Below, piece by piece: positions 48,901 to 61,352 of a stretch of DNA of 64,000 nucleotides. Position numbers and translations under genes: made by a program. Position 1 is the stretch's first letter, and every line of letters begins with the position of its first letter. Source of the DNA: Bugula neritina (lineage: Eukaryota > Animalia > Bryozoa). The notes below the pieces were generated by a model. The model searched no databases, had not been told where the DNA came from, and was given only the letters and a program-made list of their open reading frames with translations. The stretch spans positions 7,979,929 to 8,043,928 of the forward strand of contig OZ037769.1 of NCBI GenBank assembly GCA_964035545.1, read 5' to 3'.

Positions 48901-51838
48901 TATAGGCTATACTAAATACTGATACTTGCAGAAGTACAAAATAGAATAGTCATGATATTATATTACTCATCAACGTGATATCATTGTTACAATAAATATC
49001 AGTATGATTACTATCATTCTTCAGCCTATAATTATAACAAACTGAAAGTATCCTCAACATATTTACCCATTTTACTTTTAGTGATTACAGCATGAGCACA
49101 AGCTGAACTTGAACTTAAAAGCATTAGCATGATACTTTGAAAGTAAAAGCGTTTTCATTTAAAATTAATTTGCTGCGACATGATAATAATGACAGAGATA
49201 TACAATAACGAGTAATAATTTAAATTATAATTATTATAATTAGTATTACACTTACCCACCAGTTACACTTACTGCAACTGTAACACTAACTACTAACAAG
49301 CTGAACAAATTGAATTTGAATTTTTATTTGTAGCCAAGTTAATATTTATAAACTCAAACTGCAAGTGTAATTTTCAAATTAAAGAGAGAGGCAAGCATCT
49401 CACTCTCAGTTTGTCAATGTTGACAATGCATAATGATAATCATAATAATTCAAATTATTGACCAATAAATTTATTATATTTCTGTTTTACTATTACTATT
49501 AGTATTAGTATTTAACTATAAGTATAACATTGATATTCAGTGTAAATGTAATTATTATAACAAATCATTACTTTTTTACTGAAACTGAAAGGGCTAAACC
49601 AAAAGTCTAAAGATCATATTCGGATAATAATATTGATATTAATAATGATATTCATATTGATATAAAAATACTTATAGTTATACTTAATCTTAATCTTATA
49701 TTTTATAATCATAATGATAATGATGATCACGATATTCATAATCCTATTTATAATCATAATCATATTTATATTGCATTTGGTATAAAATTAAATATAATTA
49801 TAATTAATACTACGATATCACTTTTATTATTTATTAATTATTAATATTATATAAATATTTATATAATTAATATAAATATATAAATCATTAAATCATAAAT
49901 GATTAAATCACCTTGAATGAAACTCAAACTAGTTCATTGGACAAAATTTTGGGTTATTAATACTTTTTAAACTTTCTTAACAATTAGACTTGGTACAGAT
50001 AGGTATGGTTTGATACAATCTATGAGTTCGATTGAAAATTATTTTAGAAAATTAAGTAAAATACATTAAAATGAAAAAGATATTTTTCATTTCAATGGTA
50101 AAAATATATCATTTAAAATTGAAAAAACTTGAGCTAGTGAAAAGCGCAAATGTCCAATCCAAACGCGCATTTCAGGTTGTTACCCAATTAGGATGAGAGG
50201 TGTGAGTGTAGGAGACCACACGTTTTTCTGGGGAAAGTAGCAAGCAGCGATTAAGCTGGTAGATAACTTAAACTAAACCATTACTATTACTATTAGTATT
50301 AGTATTACTATAAGTATAAGACTAAATATAAGTGTAGAGCTCTGTAAATTTAAGAGGTGTATATCAAGCTTAGCGGGTTAGCTTTATATTAAAACTGTTA
50401 CCGTAAAGCCACTCCAAACTGCTGACGACTTGGACTTACACTTACACTTACAGTTAGACTTAGAAGTTAGATTTAGAGTAGTAGTGTACAAAACTACAAC
50501 AGTATTACTATTAGTATTAGTAATACACTAAGGTTTGCTCTTACTCCTAATATGGCTCTGTAACTGTGTAACTAACTAACTTACAGTCAGTATAGTTGTC
50601 ACTGTGAGTGCGTTGCTGAATCTGTAGCACTAAATCTAAGTTCCTGTCGCTTCGTACACGGGTCGTTTTATTTCGGGGTTGAGTGATTGTTAATTTTGTG
50701 TACAAACTGCTGTACACAAAATGAATAATGACTTGACCCCACACCATGAATCCAAATAATAAATAAATACAAAAAGAGATATGTATTTTAAATAATTTAT
50801 ATAGATGTGTTCAAAGCTACTTGTGTACGAAATGAGCTGCATCTCTAAGTCTAACTGTAAATGCCAGTCTAAGTCATGCTTATTTACTAAAGGCCGAGAG
50901 TAAGAGTAAGTCGTAGTACCTGTGCTAACAGTAGCTGTAAGTGTAGCTGAAAGCTTTGAGAATAGGTTTTGTTCAAGTTTTATAGTTTATTCGAAATAAA
51001 ATTTAAAAATTCTACTTGCAATTGTACTTATAGTCACTTATGCTTATGCCTTATAGTAATACTAATAATATTACTATAAGTTATAGTAATACTAATAGTG
51101 AAGTTATGCAGTTACATTTTGGTTTATTAGTTTACTAATAAGTAATAAAATTATTAGTTAATAATTTCAATGAAATAGCCTGGGGAAAGAACCCAAACTC
51201 AGAGTGACAGTGACTGTAAAGTGTCACGGGTGTACCGCTATCAGTTTGATTACTATGAGTATCACATTCTTCATAGTAACATTTATGTTAATAAAGTATT
51301 GTTCAATATGAATGATCGTAGTCAATATCATAGTGATTATCATTATGATTATCTTATCATTAACTAATATTTTCGATCATATTACCAAAATTGCATCTAG
51401 TCCTATAACTGCAAGTATAAGATTTTCCTTAGTAACTTTTATTTTCACTTTCACTTTAAAGCATTTAATTGGCCATTACATTTACATATACTGTTAATTA
51501 TCAATAATCAATCAAAAATACTTAGTACGAGTAATTATCAATTTTTAATATCACTAAAGACATGCTCAATCACTAATAGTAATGATTTATCCAAAACCTT
51601 GTCCAATTGCAATCACAATGAACATTTCATATGACCATGGTGAAAGTTAATGTAAAATCCAATGGTCATTGGAATAAGTAAGATTAGTGAATTATTATAC
51701 TAGGATAATTACCAATAAATATGACGATGTCACTTTATATTCCTTTCTCTTACTATTCTAGAATAACACATATCTTATAAACATACACGGATTCCTGCAA
51801 AATCTCAAAAACAGGAGTTAAGTTTTTTTAGTGTCGCC

Positions 51839-54800
51839 ATGACAGCCGCGACGGAGGGTAACTCCCCTAAAACAGTTTCTGTAGACGATACAAATTTACC
51901 GGAATATAACAGATTTCAAGGTATGTGACTATTCACCTGTGCATCTAACTTCAATGCTGTTCCTCATGAATATGCTTTGAACTATGCATGTCATTCATGA
52001 TATTATACACTCACATCATTGATGCAACTCTAATGTTATCTTGCTAAAGAGTTGAGATTGATATATGTATTTAGATGGGTTTAGAAAACTGGACAGTATG
52101 AATGCAGCTAGCATGGACTATAGACAAATGGCAGCCATGGTAAGTTCATCCATTTTAACAGTTATGCTTTTCAAAACTTTTTTTCAAGTATTTCCATTTT
52201 CTAACCAATTGTTGAAATTGTATGTAAATTAAGTGCTTGTTTTACTTATTGCTAAAGTTGCAGTTTATTGAATATTGCAAAAATATATAATATTTCATAT
52301 TAAATGGTTCTTGTTACAGATTGAGTCTATGAAAAAGCTGGTGCAAACTGCTAAAAGAAATGTTATTAATAAGTTATCAAGGAAAATTAAACAGTTCAAG
52401 GCCAAGAAGTGAGTAATTCGTTTTAGCTTCAGTTTCTGACAACTGATTATCAGCTATTCCATTATAATTCGGCTATCTTCTCTGTACAAGGAACACATTG
52501 CTGGTTTCAATTCCTATGTTGTGTGTATGTAATGCTTGATTGCAAGCCATTTAACCTGAAGATTTCGGATTTCATATTTTACAGAACATCTTCAGATACG
52601 GACAAACAGAGTGCTAAAATACAAAGACATATTGATGAGATTGCAATGATTAAGGTCAGTGCAAGCTTTGTATTTATACAATTTTAGATTAATTTGTAGT
52701 GTCTTCTCCAACTAAACTCATAATAAATAACAATGATAAATGATGTTGTGTGATATTTTATATCATTTCACTTTCAGAAGAGTTATTCAAATTGGCCAAT
52801 TCTTCTAGAATTAAAACTGCATATTATATTAAAATTTAAATCAGGGCTGACTAGTTACATTTATGCTACAAGAAAAACCTTTAAAAATATCTTGGACATC
52901 AGCTAAATATGGTTGTGGGGTTGTGCTCTTAGGAAATTTGGTTTTATAATGAATTTTGTGCGCCTATTTCTTCAATTTATGTGATTTTGGTTCACTCGCT
53001 GATAATGTTGCTCAGTTATTGTAGGAATATCAAATTTATACTTGATTGCTAACATTCATTGCATGTTTTATTGCATCTTAGTGACTAGGATGGTTTTGAA
53101 GCTTGAAACATGCTTACTGCTAAATGAAGCAATATAAAGCTACTACATATATCATGTATAATTCATTTACATGTTCGCCTGCTTTTGAATCATCATCTCT
53201 ATTCATTTATATTTCAGTCTATAGATGCAAGCAGAATATCTAAATTTGCCCTTGCTAATGAGGACACAGTTGCTAACCTTTCAAAGAAAGTGAGAATCAC
53301 AATCTAGCATAATTATTATTATTTTTGCACTCTTATTCCATTAATGCTCTTACCAATAAGCTTGTCAGTTGAATAGACATTATGGAACTGCTAATTAACT
53401 GTTATATACAGGTTTACATTGCATATCTCTTGCTATATATTTTACTTATTGATGTTTTGTTCACAAATCGCACAACAATGCAGTACTTATTTTTTAGTTA
53501 TAATAAATTTGACAGATTAAAACTGTTACCTATAACGTGATTTTGTTGATGGAAAAGAAATTAGCATTTATGTTACAACTTATTCTACATTATACTGAAA
53601 CTATGCTGTTTCTGGAATATAAATTGTTTGTGTAGATTCAAAAGGCCATCTAGCCGGTGGTGCTGTGTTGGCTACAAGCTTACTAGTGAGATACATGTGT
53701 GTGTTTCAGGGTACAGTTACACCGCATCTGCTCACTCTCACTCGGCTGGCGGAGGACAAGTCCCTCAGCTCCTTTGTTCACAAGTGGCGGCTGGAGCACG
53801 AAGATTGGAGAGTCCTGGCCAACTTCATGCTTAGTAAGAACACCAGTCGCCATTTCAAGCGGAGTGAGCAGAAGTCTAAAGTTACCAAAGACAACTTGTT
53901 GGTTGAAAAAGAACTTCTGCATAAACGTCTTGGAACACAGGTGCTGGGCTCAAATTAGAAAAAAACCAAGCGAATTTGAGCTACAATTTTGTTATAGGTT
54001 TAATTGTCACAGATTAGTTCTATTATAACATATTATAGGAGTCAATGAAGTATATGTGCCTCTTTTGTAGGTTTTGTATATTATCAAATTTGGGGAAGCA
54101 CCAAGAATTCAGTTTTATGTGTAACTTTAGGTATACTTTAAGCATATGTGTGGTCAACTGCATCAGCTTATACAATATATATTCATCTATTTCTTGATGT
54201 AGTTAATAATTTACTTGCATACTGGCCTTTTAAATTCTAGCAGCTCGTAAAATTTGTATTTCTAGAAGACGTTTCTTTGAGCTTTAGTTAGTTGGTGAAG
54301 TCTTATTCAGAAGAACTTTGCTTTTACAGGAAGGAGTTTCATTAGATGGAGATGTGAACGAGCCTTTAATGGAGCGAACCAGTAAAACAAACAAGTATAA
54401 AAAGAAGGGTAAAAGTCGTTTAGAAAACACACATGGTGGTGAAGAATCAACTCATGAAAACTGTGAGTATATCATCATCACTATCATCTGTGAATGATTA
54501 GTTTTTGCAGATAATACAATTTTGTGTAGACCAAGGGCTAACTTATATCAATGAAATTTGCAATATTATATATACATGGTTTTTAAATTAACTATTAAAA
54601 TGTGATAAAGATTCTGTTACTGATGCTTGGTTTTAATTTTACTTATAGAATAAAATATAAATCACATTCAATTCCTAATTGTTTTAATTTGTTCATCATT
54701 GAAATTGTGCTAACTTATAATATATTATATATGTTCTTGTCTATTTAAAGGAGTTTTATTATGAATAGTTCAAACAAACTTTGTGCAACAACATAAAATT

Positions 54801-57800
54801 TGTTTAATTAGTAGAGTCATTTCTCAGGTTTAGTTTGAATAATAATTCTATATAATAATATCTACTATATCTAGCGGTTTGATCAATGTTATTATTTTTA
54901 ATTACATTTAATGCATCAATATGTTAGTTGGTTTAATGCTTTTGCAGCTGATGATGACATTGATGAAGGGAAAGGAACAAAATCCATTGGAAATGATCTT
55001 GATGCTGACCTGTTCACATTTAATATTGTAGAAGAAGACCTTGACCTACTTAAACATGTAAAACTTTTATAAATTCTTATACTCGTTGCAATGGAATTGA
55101 TTAGGCTGCTTGTCATACTATTAGATTTAACAGTCTGCGTTGGGAATTGATAATTGTAATCAGTATGGCATACAATGGCGATAGTTGTTTGAAATTTATT
55201 GTCAAGCACACTCAGCAGTGTGTGTTTACTGCTGCTTACCCAATAATAGTCTTCTTTCTGTGAAACTTTTCACACATCTATTGTTGTTTAGGAAGGGCAG
55301 GAGGTGGTCGTTTCTCAAGAAGATCGATCTTTAGAAGTTGATTCCCAGACTAAGAGTTTAGCAAGCAAGCTCTTTTCAGCGCCAGCCTCTAACAATAACA
55401 GCAACTATAAAGATAAAGGTACGCTATTTGGATATCTAGTTTTATTATTAACTAATTATTTTTGTATTACTGAAAGAAGTGTTAGAAAAGAAAAGGTTTA
55501 CTATAGCAAGTACTGAGGTCCAAAATTGGTAGGTCTTAACTTTAAATTTTCTGAGCTACTAAGTTAAGAGTTTTTCTCAGATATTATCCATAGGATGTTA
55601 TTATGGCAATGCTTCCATCTGTGATTTCTCCTCTAGTAAATTTTACATTATTGGCGTTTTTCAAACTTAAATTTTACCGTGTGTCATTTGCTTCAGGTGC
55701 TGAGTCTAATATAAATGTGGAAGAAGATGACGCTAGCGATTGTACTGATAATACGACAGCAATAGTGACCCCAGTGACTCATTCCAAAAAGTCACCTGAG
55801 AAATCTAAACTGAAAAGTAAAAAGCTTACTAAAGTCAATAAACTCCCAAGTATAGCAACTGCAGAAGAAGCAGAAGGCATGAAAGCAAAAGACTCGGCGC
55901 CTAAGAAAGAAGAAATGCTTAGTACTGTGAAAGAAGGAAATAAGGTAGGAGGTTGAGTGTATGCTTAGCAAAGCTGCTGTAAAGGTTTGAGTTCCTTGCT
56001 ATGAGTATCAGTACTTCTGTGAAATGCTGTCTCGATTGCTGTTTCAGGTGATGACTCAAGCAGTGATAAGTCAATCAGAGGGAGAGATGGTAAAGGCTGT
56101 ATTGAATCTTGACCAACTGACACAACGCAACACAGAATCTCTTCAGCTAGATGACAAGCCAAGCAAAGATGCACCTAATCAACAAGTACGTTCACACTCA
56201 AGATTACTAATCAGATTATTTCGCTATTAAATAAATCCTGGTATGGGAAATCAGAAATATTTGAAAATTAATTATTGTTATGTGTTCTTTTGGCTAGGAC
56301 TAGTATTTATGTGATTAGTACAAGGTATTATATTACACATTGTAAGTATAGGAAAACTATATTTTATAAGAAGCTAGTGAGAGGAAAAGGATTTACTAAG
56401 CAAAGTTTTTATTATTATAGCCTAATTCTCACTAAGTAGAGATGATATGTAAATTGTTGTTTATGTGCTTAATGAATTATCACCGCTAGTGCTGGATATC
56501 TAGCTCACATGTCCCTCTGTTGTGTTGTCACCTGCCAATAATAATTTGATCAACCCAAATATTCATTGTGGTTTATTTGGAAGGTTCATTTACCCAACTT
56601 ATAGCATAAAAATACAAATTATCTTATAAATAAAATAAAAGTATTATATCATGAAAATTTTATTGATACTTTTATGATGCGTTTTGTTTTTCTACATCAA
56701 ATTTCCTATTGTATTCTAAACACTATGTTGATTGGAATTGGTAAATCTTAAGCTTCCTAATACTAGAAAAACCCTCTAGACAATAGAGTACTTCATTTCC
56801 AATTCATTATGTGTGCATTTATTTGATTGGTTTAAGGTCTAGCGTTCATCCAATCAATGCTTATTAGTATTTATTTTTGCAGTCTAGCCGTCGAAAGAAA
56901 AGTGCATTCTTCCTTGGTGATTCCAATGAGATTGACGAGAGTTTGGGGACCAGTCAAGCTGAGCAAGACAGAGCCAGGAAAAATCAAAAGGTTTCGGGTT
57001 ACAAAGGACTTCGAGATCGTGAAAAGGTTATTTTTATGTTGTGTTTCAACAAGTTTTTGTTTTCTACCCAATATTGTGTTGATATTTTTTAAACTAATTT
57101 TTTGAATTGCCAATTTACACATGATTATTTCACAAAACTCAGCTATGTTATGCTGATTCTGTGTAGACAAGAGTCAATATGATTATTGTTTAACATTCAT
57201 TCTGATGATTGCTGTCGCGAGCATCTGAGCATGAGATTTTGTATCATTTGAGTATCAGCTCCTTACTGATATATCAGTATATACTTATTCATTATACCAA
57301 GTAACATGAATGTTACCATATAGCTCAATTCTCTATATTTTGCAATGGCAGTATCCAATCCGGATAGGTTATTTGTCAACATATTTTTTCATTAATGCCA
57401 TTGCCATCCTGTGGTGTAGTTGTAACAAAAATGACATATTGTTTTAAGGTTTATATAAATAGAAACACTCTAAGAATTGGGTTGTGCATAAAAATTTCTG
57501 AGGCAAGATCTTCTAAGATTATTCCTTCCAGTTTTTGACATTGGCTGTACCAGCTCACCTCTATAAATTGTCACAGTACCTGTTCTTGTACTGTTCAATA
57601 TGATGGTGTGCAGCTGAAGAAGTCATTGGTTATCTCAATTGTTTGCAGAGGTTGTTGACATCCACTTTCACAGAGTCATTAAAATCAAGTTGGCCAAGAA
57701 GGAAACCGCAAAAACATGAGGAAGGAACTGCAAAAAATTCCCAGACAAATAAAAAGTAAGATATGATGTGCAGTTTTTATTACTCTCTGCCTAGTTCTTG

Positions 57801-58608
57801 GGTATTTTGGTTTGTATATCTTTTATGCAATTGAGTTGTGTTAAAATGCTGTTGTTTTCACAGAAATGCCTTCCAGTCTAAGAAATCTGCTGCTGGGCAT
57901 GAAAATACATTTACAAAAAGTGACAGGACCTCGAAGCTTAAAGGGTATGTGTAGCTATATAAATATATTGTATATCTCAATCTGTGGACAGCAGCTGTTT
58001 CGGGATTTATCCCCTCATCAGCACAGAACAGAGTACCATGGCCATATTAATATAGTAATTTATTTATAATTTAGTTGACGTGGCGTAATCAAAATTATTC
58101 AAGCATTTTATTGTAATTCACTATTCAGATATAATTTTTCGCCAGATCTGTGAGAGTATCTTTTATAATAGAATCTGCTGAAAGACTGTGTAAATGTCCA
58201 TCATACAACATCTGCTATCTCCTAGTACATTTGAATAGCATAGGCTGCACCACTAGAAGTTATGTTTAATCATGCTGCTTGTGGATAGATGGTGTATTTT
58301 ATAATTTGACCTGCAAATTTATTACCCTTCGTGCAGCAAACACATGTAATCTACTATATTATACTGGTGCTTGTTTCTATCATATGCTTGTTTAGCATAC
58401 TTCATTATATTCCAGGAAGGATTTATTGGCACAATCTTAGTTCTATTGACATTCTGATTGTAGTAGAACTGAAGACCGACAAAGTGAAACTCTAGCTATG
58501 GAGTCTCTTCATCCTTCCTGGCAAGCTAGTAGAAAGCGCAAGGAACAACTTGAGCTTATGAAAAAGGGACCTCAGGGGAAGAAAATTAAATTTGATGATG
58601 ATGATTAA
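51839..58608 (+). CDS. SRFBP1: Serum response factor-binding protein 1 / Bud22-family nucleolar protein
   Basis: Exons 51839-51920, 52075-52139, 52320-52408, 52585-52654, 53218-53289, 53710-53940, 54330-54462, 54948-55057, 55292-55418, 55697-55944, 56048-56185, 56883-57026, 57649-57755, 57864-57944 and 58464-58608 keep phase throughout. N-terminal MKKLVQTAKRNVINKLSRKIKQFKAKK...IDEIAMIK..SKFAL and C-terminal SLHPSWQASRKRKEQ...QGKKIKFDD match SRFBP1. The middle low-complexity exons are less certain. Confidence 0.85.
57981..58027 (-). ncRNA. Type I hammerhead ribozyme (minimal, Penelope/retrozyme-like)
   Basis: Minus strand: UCUGUG CUGAUGA GGG GAUAAAU CCC GAA ACAG CUG CUGU C CACAGA. Perfect 6-bp stem I, complete CUGAUGA/GAAA core, stems II and III, and a GUC cleavage triplet. 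Confidence 0.9.
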
Positions 58609-59402
58609 AGTCGTCTATTTCTTGTGTTTACAGTTTTTTATGTTATGGAATTTCATCTCCAGTTTTTCTACCTGTGTAGGCAATGAATTAAACCTATTCA
58701 ATGTATATTTTTATTTAGATAAAATTGTTAATAATTTTAATAAAACAATAAATATGTACTGATTTGTAAATATAAACCACATAAAACATATACATGAATA
58801 CTAACATACAATGTGTTTATTGAGTTGAATTATTTTTCAAGGATGTGGAGGATGCAAATATCAGTGCTAAAATTTTATCCATCACACTTAAGACAAACAT
58901 GTTAGATATTTTCAAGTTTTTATTGAGCATATAAGTGTTACTGACTGAGCAGTTAAAGGCTATGAAATGATTACTTTGTAATTAACTCTTCCTGGTTGTA
59001 CTAATTGCTTGGAATTAATGTAAGGTGTTCTATAATAATGCAAAAGTCGAATTTTGACAGACCAGACAGACTTGTCATCCGTCATGCTGATGACGAAAAG
59101 CCTTTTAGCAGACCTTTGATGAAATTGGCTTTGCAGTGTAGATATCCAGTTATTTGTGCAGGTTTATTCTATTGATCAGACTTGTTTTGGACATTGTGTC
59201 AGGAGAATACTAACACACCATAATAATATAAGCTCATAACATGGCAGTTGACAATGTTATATTTTATTTCGTATACAACTTGCAACCTAAAATACAGATA
59301 TATCCTAAGTATATGCACAATTTTTCTAGATATATCTTTCCTAATTCATTGCCTTGTTCATTTTGTGGCAGCACATGGACCTTCCAGTTCTTAAGTGCTT
59401 AA

Positions 59403-60169
59403 AGGATTGCTCTATCTTGTCTAATAAATGGCCATTTAGGTCAAACACACATAATATTGTGTTTTTCTAAGCATGCATTGACAAAAAGCATTTGACCAAA
59501 GGTAGAAAAAGTTAGTTGAAGTTGAGGGTGTAGATTGGTAACAGCCAAAACGCCGATTTTGAAATGAGCTGGGAAATGTGACGTAACAGCGCCAGCATTC
59601 CTGCTGGTCACGTGACTATACAAATGAATAACTATAGAAATATGACTGTGAGATGTGATCTTTCAGCTCGTAATTTGTATATTTATAGAAGTGCAAATGT
59701 GAATTATCTCAATCTATAGTTTTTTGACATGTTAAATAACATGTATGTGATAACATTAGGCCATATTTTGCTTGTAAACATAGAAAAAAGCATTGCAAAA
59801 CATGCATTCTTTAGGATGAATGCCTGCGATCGATCTAAACTAGGTCAGATTGTGCAATATTACGGGCACACCAAAGCTGACCTATATAGCGCACTGTAAC
59901 TGCTTGAGCGTTATTGGTTGATGTTGCGCTCAGCAACCTTGAATACTAGCGTTATAGTTAGCACGTGCAGCATAGTTACTGGCGTTCACACGTCACGTAT
60001 TAGGCTATTCTTTTTCATGGCTGAAAATTTTACCTCCCTCAAAATTGGAATTTTGAAAAGCTGTTTTCTAGGCATATATCCCTTTGCAAAGTCACAATTG
60101 TTTGCATACACATTAGATTATAGTTCATAATTATAATGTGATTGTAATAAACTAAGATAGAGCAATCCT
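59403..60169. mobile_element. Non-autonomous DNA transposon (MITE), Kolobok-type
   Basis: Perfect 16-bp TIRs AGGATTGCTCTATCTT (59403-59418) and AAGATAGAGCAATCCT (60154-60169), flanked by TTAA at 59399-59402 and 60170-60173. TTAA with AG..CT termini fits Kolobok rather than piggyBac (CC..GG). No transposase ORF. Confidence 0.85.
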
Positions 60170-61033
60170 TTAAAACTTCCACCTTCAAAAAGTATAAAAT
60201 ATTAGGCGCAACAAGCTGTACAATAAAGTTGTCTTCTCACAGCTTAACCAAACTTGTGGCGAGTGAACCATTTTCACTTATCGTGCCGCAAACTTGTTCA
60301 AGAACCGCTAGAAACAGCATTAATTTTGGGGTGAGTAAATGAATACTCTATAAACGTCGTTATTGAACCGGAACAAGAAACTAATGAATTAATGTTCTAC
60401 AATATTAGCAAGCTTGGGAACCCCTCCAACAAGTGCACTCAGTGACCACAAACTCGGTGCTGCTTTGGGCAATTTCCAGCTGATATCGGCGGCTTCAGTT
60501 TCTGTACGCTTATTATTATATTATTATTATATTCTTATTCTTAATATAATACTTAGTGAATAAAAGTATCATTGTGAATAATGTTTAAAATAAAGTCTTT
60601 GGCATAGCCATGTTTATATTCGGAAGATTGGTAGCCATCGTCATAGTGCTATTAAATTGTTTTGTAATGTAATTATTTTAATTTTATATTATTTATTATT
60701 AATATTTAATTAATATTATATTTAATTTTATTAATATTTTATATTGGTACCCCATGGCCATTGCCATAGGCCGTTGGGGCAATGATTATTAATTAATGAA
60801 TTATGAATTAACATTATCGTTAGGAATATGATTAATATTATCATTATGATTATGAACTTGAACTTGAAGTGTGGGAACTTGAAGTTGAAGTGATTCACTG
60901 ATTGTGGTTGACTGATTCAGATTACCATTATTATTATAATTGACTTTAAGGTTTTGGTTTACTTTTATTTTTACTTTTTAGCTTCCAGTTAAATAGGCAT
61001 AGTGACAGTGATACTCATAGCGATAATCATAAT

Positions 61034-61179
61034 TGTGTGATTGGTGCGTAAGAGTACAACAAAGTTGGATTGAGTCTAAGCTGATAATTATCGTGATTTA
61101 TTTCAATTCTAGCTAGTAGGAAAATCCCCGAGCTCAACGAGTCTCGCGGTAAGATAATAGCGAGTCAAACAACACAACA
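61034..61179 (-). repeat. Short 3' LTR of the gypsy element (~146 bp)
   Basis: Starts TGTTGTG right after the PPT, contains AATAAA, and probably ends ...ATCACACA. The distal boundary is inferred from an imperfect inverted terminus only. Confidence 0.6.
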
Positions 61180-61190
61180 TCCCCCTTTCT
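61180..61190 (-). promoter_or_regulatory. Polypurine tract (plus-strand primer) of the gypsy element
   Basis: Minus strand AGAAAGGGGGA immediately before the LTR TG. Confidence 0.85.
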
Positions 61191-61352
61191 AAGTGGGTTA
61201 CAAAAAACATTATGTGTAATCACGTATGCTATTAATTAAGATTGACAATAATAAGTGAAGGTTAACAATAGTGAGAAAAAACATGACAATATGTATTTTT
61301 ATGATTGTCCTATAGAAGGCACGAGTGTCTCCGTGGTTAGATCGTCTGGATG

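Noticed and set aside
57202-57269. Possible C/D box snoRNA in an SRFBP1 intron (TGATGA...CTGA...ATGAGA...CTGA)
   Set aside because: Box spacing is plausible, but the C box lacks the leading purine, there is no terminal stem, and I cannot match either guide to rRNA or snRNA. A snoscan run would settle it.
59087-59100. CTGATGACGAAA and other CUGANGA motifs (e.g. near 13467, 19642, 21851, 48156, 48658) as further hammerheads
   Set aside because: None has stem II plus GAAA plus stem III/NUH plus a closing stem I.
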